Source: Escherichia coli
GTDB taxonomy: Bacteria; Pseudomonadota; Gammaproteobacteria; Enterobacterales; Enterobacteriaceae
NCBI RefSeq assembly: GCF_003334255.1
Contig: NZ_QOWU01000019.1
Length of the DNA stretch: 64,000 nucleotides
Direction: 5' to 3' (one strand)
Part shown: positions 39,967-48,131 of the stretch, piece by piece
Position numbering within the stretch: the first letter of the stretch is position 1
How the letters are laid out: each line of letters opens with the position of its first letter
Translations under genes and position numbers: made by a program
Notes under the pieces: model-generated
What the model saw: the letters and a program-made list of their open reading frames with translations, nothing else
Database searches by the model: none
What the model was told of the DNA's origin: nothing

Positions 39967-40107
39967 TTACTGTTTACACTGCAAGAACGCCGCAAATTCT
40001 GACCACATGATGTTAAGTCTGAACTCACACGGCGAACGGTGTATCATCCAGATGGTCAACAACATGGTTAAGCATAAAATGCTCACGATGATCGTTTTTT
40101 GCGGCAT
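39967..40107 (-). CDS. Candidate Hok/Gef-family type I toxin (46 aa, single TM helix)
   Basis: AAGGAG Shine-Dalgarno 9 nt upstream of ATG; MPQKTIIVSILCLTMLLTIWMIHRSPCEFRLNIMWSEFAAFLQCKQ; resembles recalled Hok motifs (CLT..LL, R-S-x-C-E-F-R, E-F-A-A-F); below the track's 60 aa cutoff. Confidence 0.45.
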   Translation of the reverse strand: MPQKTIIVSILCLTMLLTIWMIHRSPCEFRLNIMWSEFAAFLQCKQ

Positions 40108-40169
40108 AGCGCTTGACTCCTTTTACAGGGAGGCGCTAACCTTCCACTTGTCTAGGGTAGGAATGGTTA

Positions 40170-40210
40170 GGGCCTCGGGTTAAACAATATGTTTGACTCG
40201 GGGCCTTTTC
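40170..40210 (+). ncRNA. Candidate antisense (Sok-like) RNA 3' end: plus-strand intrinsic terminator within the 5' leader of the Hok-like gene
   Basis: Imperfect hairpin gggcctcggg...ctcggggcc followed by tttt on the plus strand only; no plus-strand CDS ends here. Confidence 0.3.
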
Positions 40211-40241
40211 ACATCCGGCCTTCAGGTAATCCTTCCAGCCG

Positions 40242-40544
40242 TCAGCCGAAAGGCACCCGCGCGTAATGTACAGTTTTTGACTGGGAGGCGCAATCGCCCA
40301 GGGGTAGGCTGAGTTGATCCCTTCCCCGGTGGCATGATTTGAAAGCGTCTGCGGGGACGACTCCCCGTTCTTCGGTGGGTTGCGGACGGCATACGGTTCT
40401 CACGACAAACTCGTGCGTCACAAAGGTGGCGCTGCATTCAATGTTGTTGCACTGGTAATATTTCTCCCTGATTGTTCCTGTATCGTTGGCGTCGCGGCTT
40501 GTTCTGGTGCGGGTACTTGCTCCGCAGTATGGGCAAGGATGCAT
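40242..40544 (-). CDS. ogr: Late-gene transcriptional activator, Ogr/Delta zinc-finger family
   Basis: MHPCPYCGASTRTRTSR...YYQCNNIECSATF: Cys4 zinc-finger pattern of P2 Ogr. Confidence 0.75.
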   Translation of the reverse strand: MHPCPYCGASTRTRTSRDANDTGTIREKYYQCNNIECSATFVTHEFVVRTVCRPQPTEERGVVPADAFKSCHRGRDQLSLPLGDCASQSKTVHYARVPFG

Positions 40545-40585
40545 GATGGTCCCCCAGGCTGAAACGGGGTGGGCTCGCGCTCATT

Positions 40586-41731
40586 CTAGCCAGTTGTGGC
40601 GCGCTCTGCTATCCAGTCTGCGATTTTTGCTTCCAGCTCCAGTCTGGTGGTGAAGCCGCTGTCGTCGATGACGTGCTCAATGCGCGAAATAATCCAGTCC
40701 TGATTGTCAATGTCGCTCTTGAACCCGGATACCGTGCCGTGCATCTCTGGATACAGGTCGGCGCGTCCGCGCGCCAGCGTGATGCTGAATTCTGCTGCAC
40801 CCCGCTGAAGTTGCTGCCAGCGTGCGGCAGCTGCGCGACGCGCGGCTTCTTCGTTCGGGTAGGTTTTTCTCAGCACATACACATTGCCTTCTGCGCCTTC
40901 CATGTATCCACCCTCCCGTGAACTGCTTTTCTCCGGCTTCTGTGTGGTTTTCGCGTTTCGCTTTTTCACGTTCACGGCCTTCTTCTGGCCGAACTTTAAA
41001 TCCAGCCAGTAAGCTTTCACTCCGGTATAGGCTTTTCTGTCAGCAATGCGAAAGCGATGACTGTCGCCATCCGAGCGGGTCAGGGCGAATGAGGGGAGGG
41101 CGCGCCCGCTGGCTGTCACACCGCCACCCGGCAGAATGAACAGCAGGCACCCGTTTTTTACGGTGGTTATTGCACCCAGCATGTCAGCCATACGCGTGAG
41201 GAACGAGATGTCGCTTTCCTCTGTCTGGTCTGCATGGTCGATTTCGATATTCATCAGCATTTCGCTGATTTGTGCTTTCAGTCCGTAACGGTGCGCGATG
41301 GCAGATACCACACGCTCAACGGTCACGTCATGCCAGGAGACTTCGCGTTTCACGTTAAACTCTTCGCGAAAATCCGCACTGTTCGCGGATATGGTCAGCT
41401 TATCCGGCGGACCTTCGTGGCTCACTTCGTCCACCACAAACGCCCCCTTGCGAGTGAGGCTTTCACCTTTCCATCCCATCGCCAGCGATAATCGTGTTCC
41501 GCGCTCCGGAAGTACCACCCCGCCGTCGGCGTCGTCGATTTCCAGTGTCACCCTGTCAGCCTCAAAACCCCTGTTGTCTGTCATGGTCAGGCTCATGATG
41601 CGCTGCGTGATGTTCTTCAGGCTGGCATCTTTCCCTTCCAGTGTGATAGTGAAGTCTGGCACCCTAACGGTATCTTCCGCTGCATCCAGTGCGCTGTTGA
41701 TGTGATGTGTTACTGATTCAGTGATGCTCAT
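40586..41731 (-). CDS. D: Tail protein gpD
   Basis: 381 aa; P2 gpD-like length and position next to ogr. Confidence 0.8.
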   Translation of the reverse strand: MSITESVTHHINSALDAAEDTVRVPDFTITLEGKDASLKNITQRIMSLTMTDNRGFEADRVTLEIDDADGGVVLPERGTRLSLAMGWKGESLTRKGAFVVDEVSHEGPPDKLTISANSADFREEFNVKREVSWHDVTVERVVSAIAHRYGLKAQISEMLMNIEIDHADQTEESDISFLTRMADMLGAITTVKNGCLLFILPGGGVTASGRALPSFALTRSDGDSHRFRIADRKAYTGVKAYWLDLKFGQKKAVNVKKRNAKTTQKPEKSSSREGGYMEGAEGNVYVLRKTYPNEEAARRAAAARWQQLQRGAAEFSITLARGRADLYPEMHGTVSGFKSDIDNQDWIISRIEHVIDDSGFTTRLELEAKIADWIAERATTG

Positions 41732-41791
41732 GATATCCCTCCCGTGTGCGTATCATCCCACGCGTACCTTGTCGTTTCTGTCCGGCTCTGT

Positions 41792-41809
41792 TGTAAAAAA
41801 ATCCCCACA
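41792..41809. promoter_or_regulatory. Ogr-box-like dyad TGT-N12-ACA between divergent D and FI genes (candidate late promoter element)
   Basis: tgt-aaaaaaatcccc-aca; centre about 55 nt from plausible start sites on both strands. Confidence 0.45.
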
Positions 41810-41884
41810 GCCCGCATCAGGTGAGGGCTGTGCGCCAATGGTGGATTATTCAGGCGAGCATAAACACAACTGATGGTGAATCGT

Positions 41885-43078
41885 ATGGCTGAAAAACGAT
41901 TTCACGGTGTGCGCGTCACGGAGAATACCGACCTTGTGACGGCCATTAATGACGTTGATTCCAGCGTCATTGGTATTGTTGCCGTTGCAGATGATGCGGA
42001 TACCGGGCAGTTCCCCCTTAACAAGCCAGTGCTGATTACCCGTGTATCTTCTGTTCTGGGGAAGGCCGGGAAAGCGGGCACGCTTTATAAGGCCCTTAAA
42101 GCGATATCTGACCAGGTCAGTACACGGGTGATTGTCGTTCGCGTGGAGGCGGCAAAAGAGGGGGCTGAGAATAAAACACAGGATCAACTGGTCATTGGTA
42201 CCACGGAAGAAGACGGAAGCTACAGCGGTATGCAGGCGCTTCTGGTTGCCGAACAGATGGAAGGTATTGGTTACCGACCCCGCATTCTTGCCGCTCCGGG
42301 CCTTGAATCGGATGCTGTCACGGCTGCACTGGTGACTGTTGCCGGAAAAATGCGCGCATTTGCGTATTCCGGCTGCCCTGGCTGCACAAAACCGTCCGAT
42401 GCTATTGCGTTTCGTAAAAAGATTTCCGGTCGCGAAATCATGCTTCTGTGGCCTGATTTCATTGCGTTCAACCCGGTGTCCGGTAAAAACGAAACCTTCC
42501 CGGCTGCGGCGTATGCGTGCGGTCTTCGTGCCCGACTCGACCATGAACAGGGCTGGCATCGCTCCCTTTCTAACATGCCTGTGAAAAATGTTCTTGGGGT
42601 GCCAGCGTCTGTTTCCTGGTCACTTCAGGATGAAAACAGCGATGCCAACACGCTGAACAACAGCGAGGTGACCACTCTTATTCACCAGGGCGACGGCTCC
42701 TTCCGTTTCTGGGGTAACCGTACGCCGGAAACTGCGGAGTACATCTTTGAGGTGTACACACGTACGGCGCAGCAACTGGCTGACACCATTGCGGAGGCGC
42801 AACTTCAGATAGTGGATTCACCGCTTACGCCTGCCAATGCTAAGGATGCCGTGAGCGCTATCAAGGCAAAGCTGGATGCACTGGTGACAGCCGGAAAACT
42901 CATCGGGGCTGAGTGCTGGTTCGATATCATCGACAACGGCACAACCAGTCTTCGTCAGGGCATTGTGCGTATTCGCTACAAATACACGCCTGTTCCGCCG
43001 ATGGAGTGTATGGAACTCTATCAGACGTTTACCGACGAGTTCTTCAGCTCTGCTTTTGCATCTCTTGGAGGTAGCTAA
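41885..43078 (+). CDS. FI: Tail sheath protein gpFI
   Basis: Recalled P2 FI similarity (NKPVLIT, LWPDF, GWHRSLSN, FRFWGNRT). Confidence 0.9.
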   Translation: MAEKRFHGVRVTENTDLVTAINDVDSSVIGIVAVADDADTGQFPLNKPVLITRVSSVLGKAGKAGTLYKALKAISDQVSTRVIVVRVEAAKEGAENKTQDQLVIGTTEEDGSYSGMQALLVAEQMEGIGYRPRILAAPGLESDAVTAALVTVAGKMRAFAYSGCPGCTKPSDAIAFRKKISGREIMLLWPDFIAFNPVSGKNETFPAAAYACGLRARLDHEQGWHRSLSNMPVKNVLGVPASVSWSLQDENSDANTLNNSEVTTLIHQGDGSFRFWGNRTPETAEYIFEVYTRTAQQLADTIAEAQLQIVDSPLTPANAKDAVSAIKAKLDALVTAGKLIGAECWFDIIDNGTTSLRQGIVRIRYKYTPVPPMECMELYQTFTDEFFSSAFASLGGS

Positions 43079-43590
43079 TGGCCGTACCAAAAAAACTTCG
43101 TGTGTTTACCGTCTTTGTGGACGGTGACAACAAGCTGGGAAAGGTGACGTCTTTTACCCCGCCAAAACTGACCCGTAAAACAGAGTCGTATCGCGGGGCG
43201 GGGATGCCAGGCTCTGCGTCGGTGGATCTCGGTCTTGATGATGGTGCACTGGATCTCTCCTTTGCGGTTGGTGGCGTCGATCGTCACATCTTTGCCAAAT
43301 ACGCCGCCGGTATTGATGCCGTGCGTGTTCGCTTCTCGGGTGAATACTATTCCGAAGAAGGGATTGAGTACGTCGATATTGAAGCCCGTGGTCGCATTGT
43401 CGAAATCGACAAGGGCGAGGCCAAACAGGGTGAAGATACCGAACATACCTATGCGATGAAATGCACCTGGTACAAGCTCAGCGTTGATAACAGCGATGTT
43501 ATTGAAATCGACGTGCTGAACTTCATCTGGCGCATTGATGGTAAGGATGTTCTTCCTGACCGCACCCGCTCCATGCTGGGGCTTGGCTGA
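43078..43590 (+). CDS. FII: Tail tube protein gpFII
   Basis: 170 aa; MAVPKKLRVFTVFVDGDNKLGKVTSFTPPKL; ATGA overlap with FI. Confidence 0.9.
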   Translation: MAVPKKLRVFTVFVDGDNKLGKVTSFTPPKLTRKTESYRGAGMPGSASVDLGLDDGALDLSFAVGGVDRHIFAKYAAGIDAVRVRFSGEYYSEEGIEYVDIEARGRIVEIDKGEAKQGEDTEHTYAMKCTWYKLSVDNSDVIEIDVLNFIWRIDGKDVLPDRTRSMLGLG

Positions 43591-43641
43591 TAGTTAAATC
43601 TGATAACAGGGGCGGCGTCCTGTTGCCCCGGGAGAAAAATA

Positions 43642-44022
43642 ATGGATCAGACTGAAGAAAATATCGTGACGAATGACACAGATGCTGTGACGAATGGCGA
43701 CACGGAAAACGCAGAGGCGATCGCAAATGACACGGTTAATCTCAGGGTTCCTGTTGTCTGCGGTAATAAGACGGTTTCCAGCGTGAAGATTGGGGCGCTT
43801 GCGCGTCAGGTGGGCTCGCTTCGAGGGATCCGCATGACGGACCTGTTCAACACCGATGTTGATGCTGCCGCCATTTTTCTGGAACGCGTAACTGAACCTC
43901 ACCTCAGCCGCGCGGCACTTATGTCAATGTGCCCGGAAGACTTCTTTAAACTGTACGAGGTGGCAGTCGGTTTTTTGCTTCCCTCGTCAGCGAAGAAGGC
44001 GCAGGAGGCGGGCGGCGCGTAA
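43642..44022 (+). CDS. E: Tail assembly chaperone gpE (E' extension by -1 frameshift to about 44177)
   Basis: 126 aa; P2 gpE-like C-terminal half; slippery site near the 3' end. Confidence 0.8.
   Translation: MDQTEENIVTNDTDAVTNGDTENAEAIANDTVNLRVPVVCGNKTVSSVKIGALARQVGSLRGIRMTDLFNTDVDAAAIFLERVTEPHLSRAALMSMCPEDFFKLYEVAVGFLLPSSAKKAQEAGGA
43971..43977 (+). other. Programmed -1 ribosomal frameshift slippery heptamer T_TTT_TTG (gpE to gpE+E')
   Basis: In E frame GGT TTT TTG; the -1 frame stays open for about 65 codons to a TAA at 44175-44177 overlapping the T start. Confidence 0.65.
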
Positions 44023-44169
44023 CGCTTCTTGCTTTTGATTACGTTGAAGATATTGTCGCTGATATAGCCGTTGTATTTCACTGGTCGCCCTCTGAAATCT
44101 TTGTGATGACTCCCGGTGAACTGGTTGCCTGGCGAGAACGGGCGGCCGTCAGAACCGGGAATCATAACG

Positions 44170-47001
44170 ATGAGTAATAATCTCCAGATACGTGTAGCCC
44201 TTACTGCGGTCGACCGTCTCACTCAACCCGTCAGGCGCGCCCGGGAAATGACCGGCGCGCTTTCTGAATCTCTTTCCTCCACGCAGAACGCTCTTAAGTC
44301 ACTCCAGCGAAGCAGTGATGCGTTTTCCCGTGCCCGCCAGCAGGTGACCTCGACTGAAAACAGCCTGAACGAGGCGCGTGCGCGACTTCAGCGCCTCCAG
44401 GAGGCCCAGCGTACTGGCACGACACTAACGGAAAAACAGCAGGAAGCTATCCGCTCGCTGACTGCGAAGATTGATCGCCTTAATACGGTTTATTCCCTCC
44501 ACAAATCCCGACTTAGCGAAGCCGGTCGCGAACTGGAAGCCCACGGCATACGGGCTGACGGAAGTAACCGCGCTGTGGAGGAAGCAATCAGGCGAACGCA
44601 GGAATACAACGATCAGCTTGAGCGCCAGCAGGCTCAGCTTGCACGCGTCACGCAGGCGCAGCAACGCTATGACCGTGTTAAGGATATTGCCGGTAAGCTC
44701 AGTCAGCGCGGTGCTGTTGCCATGGCGGCTGGCAGTGCCGGTCTGTATGCTGCCGGTCGCGCGGTTGCACCAGTTGTTGAAGAGCAACGGCAGGGGGCGC
44801 TCATTGCGGCACAGAGTGGCGGCAGCGCAGAAGACGGCCAGCGCTACAGCCGTATGATTCAGAGCATCCGTGCGTCAGGTGCGGCCACGGATATCGCGAT
44901 GATTTCGGAAGCAGCAGCTGCGGCGCAAAGCACGCTTGGCGCACTGGGTACCGTAGGGACTGAAGAACTGGAAAGGGTGACACGGCAGGCAATCGATCTT
45001 GCTCAGGTCACCGGCGGTAATGTGGCTGAACAGGTTCAGGCTGCTGGCATTATGCTGAAAAACGGGCTTGCCGCAAATGCAGGTGAGGCCGTCGACCTGA
45101 TGGCGGCAGGGATGCAGAAAATGTCTGCCGAAATGCGCGGCGAACTTCCTGAAATTCTGCATGAGTATTCCACGCATTTCCGCAATATGGGGCTATCCGG
45201 CTCTGAAACCATGACGCTGCTTGTCAGCATGGCGCAGCAGGGGAAATTCGCCCTGGATAAAACCGGCGATGCTGTCAAAGAATTCAGTATTCGCGGCTCG
45301 GATATGTCCAAATCCAGCGTTGAAGCCTATGAGCTGATTGGCCTTAACGCTGAAAGAATGTCGTCAGCGATCGCCAGTGGCGGCGCGGCCGCGCGTGAAG
45401 CGATGCGTCGCACCGCGTCAGGTCTGTTACAGATTCAGGATCCTGCAGAAAGGGCCAATGCGGCGATAGCGCTGTTCGGCACACCCATTGAAGATCTGGC
45501 TGTTGACCAGATCCCGGATTTTCTCCGGTCGCTTGCAACGGTATCTGACCGTATGGGGCTGGTTCAGGGAACCGCCCGGCGAATGGGGGATGTTCTGCGT
45601 GACAACCTCGGCGGCGACACCGATCGTCTGTCCGGCATTTTCTCCGGTATTCGCAGTGATGTTGTGTCGCTGGTTACTGATGATATCCGCGAGCTTGTAC
45701 AGGCTGTTGCTTCTGTGGGTGAACGCTTCAGGTCGTGGGTTCAGGAAAACCCGCAGCTTGTACGCACGCTGACTCTTACCGTGGGTGGCGTGCTTGCGGC
45801 CACAACGGCCATTGGTGCGTTGTCTGTCGGAGGTGGGTTACTGACGGGGATTTTTGCAAAACTTCAGCTTGGCTCTGCGCTTCTTGGTGGCGGGCTATCC
45901 TCGCTTACAAACGGTGTTGGTGGTCTTGCTCTTCGCCTGTCCGGCCTTCCGGCACTGTGGGGGATGGTCTCCGGTGCGGTTTCTGTGCTGGGCGGGGTGC
46001 TTTCCGGTCTTCTCAGTCCTGTTGGTCTCGTGATTGCTGCTCTTGCCGGTGGGGCGCTGCTCATATGGCGTCACTGGGAACAGGTTAAGGCGTTCATGCT
46101 CGGCACATTCCGGTCGCTGTGGGCTGGCCTTGCGCCTGTTCGTGAAAGTATTGCTCAGTTTGCGCCGTTGTTTGATCTGGTGTCGGGTGCGGTGTCCACG
46201 GTGTTTGACTGGTTTACCCGGTTACTCACGCCTGTTCAGGCCAGCAACGAATCTCTTGAACGGTGTACGTCTGCGGGAGAAAGCTTCGGTCGTGTACTTA
46301 GTGGGGCGATATCGCTTGCGCTTACGCCGCTGAAGGCGCTGATGGATGGACTTGCCTGGGTACTGGAAAAGCTTGGCGTGCTGCCTGATGAAGCTGAAAG
46401 GGCGCGCCGGAAACTGGAGGATGCACAGCGGGCTTCGCTTCTTCAGGGCAAGCTCTCCCTGCTTCAGGGGGATGTTAATGCCATTATCTCGCCCGCTAAG
46501 CCAGTTGATGGCAATGATAAAGGTAATAATGGTGGCAAGCCTTCTGTCATAAACGACGGCACCAGTGGCGTTCTTCGCAGGCTCAAAGGTATCGAGGGTA
46601 ATACGTCGGGTATGCTTCAGGAAGCCCGCAAGCGTATCGGTCCTGGCGATATCGTGTTTAAAAATCTCCCCCGTGCGCTGGCTGTTCGCGGGCAGTGGAA
46701 TGAACCGACTGTTGCACCCGGGCTTCCGCTTATGCCAGCGTTTTCGCCTGTGTCTCCGGCGGTTTCCCCGGATTCTTCCCGTCCTGTGGAGGTTAAGCGG
46801 TGGGATCCGGTGTCCCCGACACCCCGGGAGCCTTCGCGCTCTCCTGAACCGCCGCCTGTGTACGGTGGTGATATTCATGTTCACCTTCACAACGTGGTTA
46901 CGCAGAACCCTCGCGACCTTGCCAGAATGGTGGGGGAGGCGGTACGGGAAGAAATTCGCAGACAATCCGGCGGTATGAACAGTTTCCGCGATCGTGATTA
47001 G
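44170..47001 (+). CDS. T: Tail tape measure protein gpT
   Basis: Start MSNNLQIRVALT; coiled-coil N-terminal region, Gly/Ala-rich hydrophobic middle, Pro-rich C-terminus. Confidence 0.85.
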   Translation: MSNNLQIRVALTAVDRLTQPVRRAREMTGALSESLSSTQNALKSLQRSSDAFSRARQQVTSTENSLNEARARLQRLQEAQRTGTTLTEKQQEAIRSLTAKIDRLNTVYSLHKSRLSEAGRELEAHGIRADGSNRAVEEAIRRTQEYNDQLERQQAQLARVTQAQQRYDRVKDIAGKLSQRGAVAMAAGSAGLYAAGRAVAPVVEEQRQGALIAAQSGGSAEDGQRYSRMIQSIRASGAATDIAMISEAAAAAQSTLGALGTVGTEELERVTRQAIDLAQVTGGNVAEQVQAAGIMLKNGLAANAGEAVDLMAAGMQKMSAEMRGELPEILHEYSTHFRNMGLSGSETMTLLVSMAQQGKFALDKTGDAVKEFSIRGSDMSKSSVEAYELIGLNAERMSSAIASGGAAAREAMRRTASGLLQIQDPAERANAAIALFGTPIEDLAVDQIPDFLRSLATVSDRMGLVQGTARRMGDVLRDNLGGDTDRLSGIFSGIRSDVVSLVTDDIRELVQAVASVGERFRSWVQENPQLVRTLTLTVGGVLAATTAIGALSVGGGLLTGIFAKLQLGSALLGGGLSSLTNGVGGLALRLSGLPALWGMVSGAVSVLGGVLSGLLSPVGLVIAALAGGALLIWRHWEQVKAFMLGTFRSLWAGLAPVRESIAQFAPLFDLVSGAVSTVFDWFTRLLTPVQASNESLERCTSAGESFGRVLSGAISLALTPLKALMDGLAWVLEKLGVLPDEAERARRKLEDAQRASLLQGKLSLLQGDVNAIISPAKPVDGNDKGNNGGKPSVINDGTSGVLRRLKGIEGNTSGMLQEARKRIGPGDIVFKNLPRALAVRGQWNEPTVAPGLPLMPAFSPVSPAVSPDSSRPVEVKRWDPVSPTPREPSRSPEPPPVYGGDIHVHLHNVVTQNPRDLARMVGEAVREEIRRQSGGMNSFRDRD

Positions 47002-47003
47002 GA

Positions 47004-47477
47004 GTGATGGTTATGATGATGATTTACGGCATGTTTGTTTTTCAGTTAAGCACACTGCCACACCAACAAATACAACAGTCCCGTAACTGGAGGCATGTAA
47101 AGAACGAGCGAATCAACCGCTCAGCCAGCTGGCAGTATATCGGCGCGGGTGACGATACCATCACGCTTTCGGGTTTGCTCTACCCGGAAATTACGGGCGG
47201 TGAAGTCTCCCTGACCGCACTGACCAGCCAGGCTTACGTCGGGCGACCATGGCCGCTGATTGATGGGGTAGGGCAGATTTACGGGATGTATGTCATTACC
47301 GGGCTTAACACCACCCGCTCTGAACTTGATCGCTATGGTCGGGCAAGAAAGATTGAGTTTACTGTCACTTTTGAGCGTGTGGATGAAGATCTGCGTGAAC
47401 GTCTTCAGTCCTCGTCGCTTGGTGATCTTGCGAATAACGTTAAAGGTGCCCTGAATAATCTGTCCATTCCGGTTTAA
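47004..47477 (+). CDS. U: Tail protein gpU
   Basis: 157 aa; follows T as in the P2 FETUD operon. Confidence 0.8.
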   Translation: MMVMMMIYGMFVFQLSTLPHQQIQQSRNWRHVKNERINRSASWQYIGAGDDTITLSGLLYPEITGGEVSLTALTSQAYVGRPWPLIDGVGQIYGMYVITGLNTTRSELDRYGRARKIEFTVTFERVDEDLRERLQSSSLGDLANNVKGALNNLSIPV

Positions 47478-47483
47478 ATAATA

Positions 47484-47508
47484 ACGCCCTGGTGTCAGGG
47501 CGTTTTTG
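47484..47508 (+). terminator. Rho-independent terminator after U (convergent with G)
   Basis: acgccctg-gtgt-cagggcgt followed by ttttt. Confidence 0.65.
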
Positions 47509-47512
47509 CTGT

Positions 47513-48121
47513 TCATCTTTCGGTGGCGGGTTCTTCCTGTGTGGGCCAGCCCACAACGTAACGCTGAATGGCCTCCGCATCCTGAAGTTCTGCAATCTCT
47601 TTTTTCATGTTGCGCTGGCGCACATGAATTTCCATTCCCTTCGCGAACATTGCCTGTTGCGCGGCTTCACTCAGCGCAATCAGTTCTTCCGCAGTCATGG
47701 GGACGTCGTTGTTGTCTGCGTCTGTCCAGAAAAACTTCTCCGGGAGATTGCCTTCTTTTGCTGCGATAACTGATGGGCCAAGGCGATCCTGTGTTTCCTT
47801 TCCATAATCCCAGTTACGGCCATTAAAGCTGAAAATATAACTGGCTGATTCCATTCTGTTCCGCCAGGCGTTGATCCCGGCGGTTTTGAGTTCTCTGGCT
47901 TTTTCCGGGCTGATGGATGGCTGTACATATTCTGCAATTTCACCGGCCTCTCCTCTCAGACAAGCGGCATAAATATCCCGCCCGTATGCTTCGGTATCGC
48001 TGGCTGTTGCAGTGAAAGGAACCGCCTGCTCAATGTGCTCAAACTTCACCATGCAATTGACAGCAGTGTGCTCTTTATCTGCCCATTGCGGATTGCTTAT
48101 TTTTTCCACATTCATGTTCAT
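47513..48121 (-). CDS. G: Tail fiber assembly protein gpG-like
   Basis: Likely start MNVEKISNPQW just after the H stop; position equivalent to P2 G; sequence match weaker than for other genes. Confidence 0.6.
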   Translation of the reverse strand: MNMNVEKISNPQWADKEHTAVNCMVKFEHIEQAVPFTATASDTEAYGRDIYAACLRGEAGEIAEYVQPSISPEKARELKTAGINAWRNRMESASYIFSFNGRNWDYGKETQDRLGPSVIAAKEGNLPEKFFWTDADNNDVPMTAEELIALSEAAQQAMFAKGMEIHVRQRNMKKEIAELQDAEAIQRYVVGWPTQEEPATER

Positions 48122-48131
48122 CTCCTGTCTG

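Noticed and set aside
39685-40241. Possible retron (msr/msd) or other structured-RNA element in the ytfP-ogr gap
   Set aside because: No reverse-transcriptase-sized ORF nearby; the hairpins are adequately explained as terminators and the Hok-like mRNA structure.
40222-40437. 71 aa minus-strand ORF (MQRHLCDARVCRENRMPSATHRR...) considered as a mok-like leader ORF
   Set aside because: Arg-rich, overlaps the ogr 3' end in another frame, and stops more than 100 nt before the Hok-like start, so it cannot provide mok-type translational coupling.
40544-40586. Ogr called as 100 aa, longer than the recalled 72 aa P2 Ogr
   Set aside because: Kept as annotated because there is no in-frame stop before 40242; the extra C-terminal residues may be real or the start may differ. 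Not treated as a finding.
47478-47512. Expected Z/fun cargo site between tail fiber assembly gene G and the tail sheath gene
   Set aside because: Only about 35 bp (a terminator) separates U from G; no cargo ORF is present.
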